Source: Actinobacteria bacterium 13_1_20CM_4_69_9
GTDB lineage: Bacteria > Actinomycetota > Thermoleophilia > Gaiellales > Gaiellaceae
DNA length: 37,282 nucleotides
Assembly: GCA_001920085.1 (NCBI GenBank)
Contig: MNJC01000092.1
Span: 1 to 37,282, forward strand
Direction of reading: 5' to 3'
This document shows positions 34,560 to 37,282 of this stretch, in pieces. Each line of letters opens with the position of its first letter. Position 1 is the first letter of the stretch. Below the pieces are notes generated by a model. It made no database searches. It worked only from the letters and a program-made list of their open reading frames with translations, and was not told where the DNA came from. Both the position numbers and the translations under genes were made by a program.

Positions 34560-35199
34560 GGGAGAGAAACTCTCTCAGGATCGCGTTGAGCTCGTCGGGA
34601 CGTTCGAGGTTCACCAGATGGCCGGCGTCGGGAACGATGCGGATGTCGAACTCGGAGAGCTCGCCCGGCGTGACGAAGTTCTCGTGCTCGCCGACGACGA
34701 ACTGCACCGGCCCGGGGAAGTCGCGCGCGAGCTGTGTCGAGTCTTCCCGGTCGCGGATCGCCTCCAGGGCACCGATCAGCCCCTCGGGGTCCCGGTACAT
34801 CAGCGAGGGGTCGGCGTTCTCCCTGTGCGCGTAGAGCTTCGGCTCCATGAACCGCCACAATCCGTCGGGCCCTTCGCGGCGGATCAGCTCGATCGTCTCC
34901 GCGCGGCCGGCGCGCCGTTCCGGCGAGTCGGGATCGGGCCGCGATCCGACGAGCAGCAGCCCGCGCACGAGCTCGGGCGCGACCTTTGCGAGCGCCAGCG
35001 CGCAATATCCGCCCATCGACGCGCCCACCACCGCGTGCCCCCCGTCGATCTCGCCGGCGATCGACTCGGCCCACGCCGTCATCGTCCGCCCGCGTCCATA
35101 CAGCCGTGGAGCGGCGACGTCGTGCTGCGCGAGGGCAGGCAGCTGAGGCTCCCACATGCGCTCGTCGAGCGGGAGCGCATGCAGCAGCAGGACGTTCAC
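34552..35199 (-). CDS. Alpha/beta hydrolase
   Basis: The start is GTG 35199 within ORF 34552-35655, in a GTGA overlap. LLLHALP, the nucleophile elbow GASMGG and the C-terminal DAGH are present. Confidence 0.75.
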   Translation of the reverse strand: MNVLLLHALPLDERMWEPQLPALAQHDVAAPRLYGRGRTMTAWAESIAGEIDGGHAVVGASMGGYCALALAKVAPELVRGLLLVGSRPDPDSPERRAGRAETIELIRREGPDGLWRFMEPKLYAHRENADPSLMYRDPEGLIGALEAIRDREDSTQLARDFPGPVQFVVGEHENFVTPGELSEFDIRIVPDAGHLVNLERPDELNAILREFLSRV

Positions 35200-35624
35200 A
35201 AGGCCGCGACGACGTCGAGCTCGGCGGCGATCGCCGGACGCTCTGACAACCGTTCGAGCCACCCGTCGAGTGCGCCGAAGGAACGCAGCTCGACGTCCAT
35301 GCGATCGCGAGCCCGGACGATCCACGGCACGTATGCGATGTCGGCGAGGCCGTACTCGCGGCCGCTCAGGTACGGCTGCGCGTCGAGCACCGCATTCAGC
35401 TTCGCGAGCTCGGCGTCGAGCCGCTCGCGCGCGCCCTCCTGCTCGCGTCGCAGCGCGTAATACGGCTTGGACAGCTGGTCGAACCGGAAGACGAGCAGCC
35501 GTCCGAACGCCCGCTCGGCCGCGTCGGCCGGCCACAACGGCGGCTCGGGGTAGCGCTCCTCGAGGTATTCGTTGATCACCGCCGACTCGGGGAGGACGAA
35601 GGCGTCGTCCTCGAGCACGGGCAC
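35196..35624 (-). CDS. Glutathione S-transferase family protein, lacking the N-terminal beta1-alpha1-beta2 segment
   Basis: ORF 35196-35624 has a GTG start. VPVLEDDAFVLPESAVINEYL is the GST beta3-beta4-alpha3 region, followed by a GST_C helical domain. GST-like sequence (SPEKNPLGR) continues in frame up to the TGA of the upstream gene. Confidence 0.6.
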   Translation of the reverse strand: MPVLEDDAFVLPESAVINEYLEERYPEPPLWPADAAERAFGRLLVFRFDQLSKPYYALRREQEGARERLDAELAKLNAVLDAQPYLSGREYGLADIAYVPWIVRARDRMDVELRSFGALDGWLERLSERPAIAAELDVVAAL

Positions 35625-35651
35625 GCGCCCGAGCGGGTTCTTCTCGGGTGA

Positions 35652-36626
35652 TCACCGTTCGATCCTAGCTTCGAGCTTCATGACGGCCGCAATCTGCCCG
35701 AGCAGCTCTCGCGCGGGCGCCAGCTCAACGGGCGACGACGCGGTGCGCGCGACGGCGCGGACACTCGCGGGGTCGGCTCCCGTGAGCCGCGCGACGAGTG
35801 TCGCGTTCGCGGCCAGGGAGAGCTCGTCGGCCTTGTTCAGGTCGCCGTAGTACGTCGGGACGGAGAGGTATTCGTCGATCATTCGGCCGCGGTCGAAGAG
35901 CAGGAAGCGGACGACCACGTCCTCCTCGAGCGCGAGCGCGACGACGGGAACGCCCATGCGCGCGGACAGTTCGGCGCCCAGCTTGCGTTGAGCGCCGCGG
36001 TCGCGGTCGCACAGCTCGTCGGTGACGGCGACCCACCCGTTCTCCGCCTGCGACACCTCCGACCACTCGCTGTGGCCGACGCGCGGCATGAACTGGGAGA
36101 CGCCGCGTCGCACGCCCTCGACGTCGTCGGTTTGCACGTGCGTCGACGCAAACGACTGTGTGAGCGCCGGCGCGGCGAGCTGCTGCTGCAGCTGCGCCAG
36201 CTCGACCGCCATCAAGACGTCGTACGCGCGGAACCCGAGGCGTTCGTACAGCCGGCGCGCGGGGTCGTTCGTGAGCGCGACGTCCAGGGAGAGGTGCGTG
36301 CCGCCGCGCTCCTTGAGCCGGTCGCCGACTTCGGCGATCAGCTCCCGGCCGACGCCACGGCCGCGCGCATCGCTCTGCACGTACAGGTCGTAGAGGTGCC
36401 CGCGGACCGGCGTCTGCGGCACGATGTTCGCGAGCGCATACCCGACAGGGGCTCCGTCCTCCTCCGCGAGCAGCGCAATGCCGTTCGCGACCGTGTCCTG
36501 GACGTCTTCGGCGACCGTCTCCCACGGCTCGTCGAAGAACGCGGGCTTGGCGAGCTCGCGTTGGAAGTCGTCGCGCAGCCGGCGCAGCAGCTCGAGGTCG
36601 TGCTCGCTGGCGTCGCGGATCGTCAC
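35652..36626 (-). CDS. GNAT family N-acetyltransferase fused to an uncharacterized C-terminal domain of about 170 aa
   Basis: ORF 35652-36626 has a GTG start in a GTGA overlap with the upstream stop. The N-terminal ~150 aa have GNAT motif A (VQSDARGRGVGRELI … RLYERLGF). The C-terminal half has normal coding composition but no motif I can name. Confidence 0.7.
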   Translation of the reverse strand: MTIRDASEHDLELLRRLRDDFQRELAKPAFFDEPWETVAEDVQDTVANGIALLAEEDGAPVGYALANIVPQTPVRGHLYDLYVQSDARGRGVGRELIAEVGDRLKERGGTHLSLDVALTNDPARRLYERLGFRAYDVLMAVELAQLQQQLAAPALTQSFASTHVQTDDVEGVRRGVSQFMPRVGHSEWSEVSQAENGWVAVTDELCDRDRGAQRKLGAELSARMGVPVVALALEEDVVVRFLLFDRGRMIDEYLSVPTYYGDLNKADELSLAANATLVARLTGADPASVRAVARTASSPVELAPARELLGQIAAVMKLEARIER

Positions 36627-37276
36627 CGGTAGCGGAGGGCGAGAAGGAGGAAGTGTGCGCTCAAGTTCTGGAACGGATGGAAGCGGGCGCCGGCGGCGCG
36701 GATGTCGTTCGTCTCAGGGTAGAAGGCGAGGACCGCCTTGCGCAGTCCGAGGTCGCCGGCGGGCCAGGCTTCGGGGCGGGCTAGGTAGCGCGCGAGGAAC
36801 CAATCCGCGCTCCATTCTCCGATGCCCCGCAGGGCTGTCAGCCGTGTCTTCACATCGGCGTCGGAGAGCGCGGACAGCCCGCCCAGGTCGAGATCGGCGC
36901 GGGCGAGGCCGAGCACGTACTCGGCCTTGCGCCGCGAGAACCCGAGGCTCGTCAGCTCCTCCACCGTCGCGAGCGCCACCCGCTCACGCGTCGGAAAGGC
37001 GACGGCCAATTCCGCCGGCTCCCCGAAGCGATCGACGAACCGGCTGCGGACGGCGAACGCGGCGTGGAGCGACACCTGCTGCGCGGTGATCGACGAGACG
37101 AGCGCCTCGAACGGATCCGGCGCGAGCGGCGGACGGAAGCCGGGAAAGCGCTGGACGGTCGCCGCGAGCACCTCCTCGCCCTGCGCAAACGCACGGAATG
37201 TCTCCACGTCGAGCTCGAGCCCGAGCAGCTTGCGCACGGTCGGCTCGATCGTCGAGTCGAGCGGCTCGGCGTTCAC
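36623..37276 (-). CDS. HhH-GPD DNA glycosylase (DNA-3-methyladenine glycosylase II / AlkA-like)
   Basis: ORF 36623-37276 has a GTG start 6 nt from the window edge. The frame stays open to the edge, so the N-terminus may lie outside the window. …ITAQQVSLHAAFA…LRGIGEWSADWFL…D… is the HhH-GPD pattern. Confidence 0.75.
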   Translation of the reverse strand: MNAEPLDSTIEPTVRKLLGLELDVETFRAFAQGEEVLAATVQRFPGFRPPLAPDPFEALVSSITAQQVSLHAAFAVRSRFVDRFGEPAELAVAFPTRERVALATVEELTSLGFSRRKAEYVLGLARADLDLGGLSALSDADVKTRLTALRGIGEWSADWFLARYLARPEAWPAGDLGLRKAVLAFYPETNDIRAAGARFHPFQNLSAHFLLLALRYR

Positions 37277-37282
37277 GCCCCC

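Noticed and set aside
33143-34834. A 563-aa plus-strand ORF
   Set aside because: It is extremely Arg/Ala/Pro-rich. It overlaps the amidotransferase gene in another frame and is antisense to the sulfurtransferase and alpha/beta hydrolase genes.
35625-35654. TGA recoding or read-through fusing the GNAT-X protein to the GST
   Set aside because: TGA terminates many normally sized genes in this window (alr, acpS, rplM, guaA, rph, murI and others), so global reassignment is excluded. I see no recoding signal, and a deletion remnant is the simpler explanation.

Overview
This is a very GC-rich chromosomal segment (by eye about 70% or more) with Actinomycetota-type core synteny: acpS-nnr-alr, rplM-rpsI-glmM-glmS, guaB-guaA, murI-rph-rdgB, and pyrE/hup/pyrF. 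I call 44 protein-coding genes, one of which (guaB) looks disrupted. I see no rRNA, tRNA, CRISPR array, IS/transposase, integrase or phage genes. Packing is extreme: most same-strand junctions overlap by 1-20 nt, and divergent start codons lie between a 2-nt overlap and 46 nt apart. The clearest non-genic signal is a TAnnnT / nAnnnT -10-like hexamer 6-8 nt upstream of the start codon of nearly every operon-first gene. That implies mostly leaderless transcription, with overlapping or crossed divergent promoters. Several oddities are worth checking. guaB lacks the catalytic flap segment and changes frame. Four genes (SDR, PfkB-family kinase, LysM protein, GST) have conserved N-terminal sequence, or an orphan linker, running upstream of any canonical start codon. 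A GGGAC-W-GTCCC palindromic element recurs at two convergent gene junctions. A Roadblock/LC7 protein with a Lys/Pro/Ala histone-like tail is coupled to a 68-aa membrane protein. A GNAT protein carries an unassigned C-terminal domain of about 170 aa inside a five-gene overlapping operon. I do not see a convincing defence island, mobile element or clearly novel multi-gene system. The window is mostly housekeeping and the candidates are modest.
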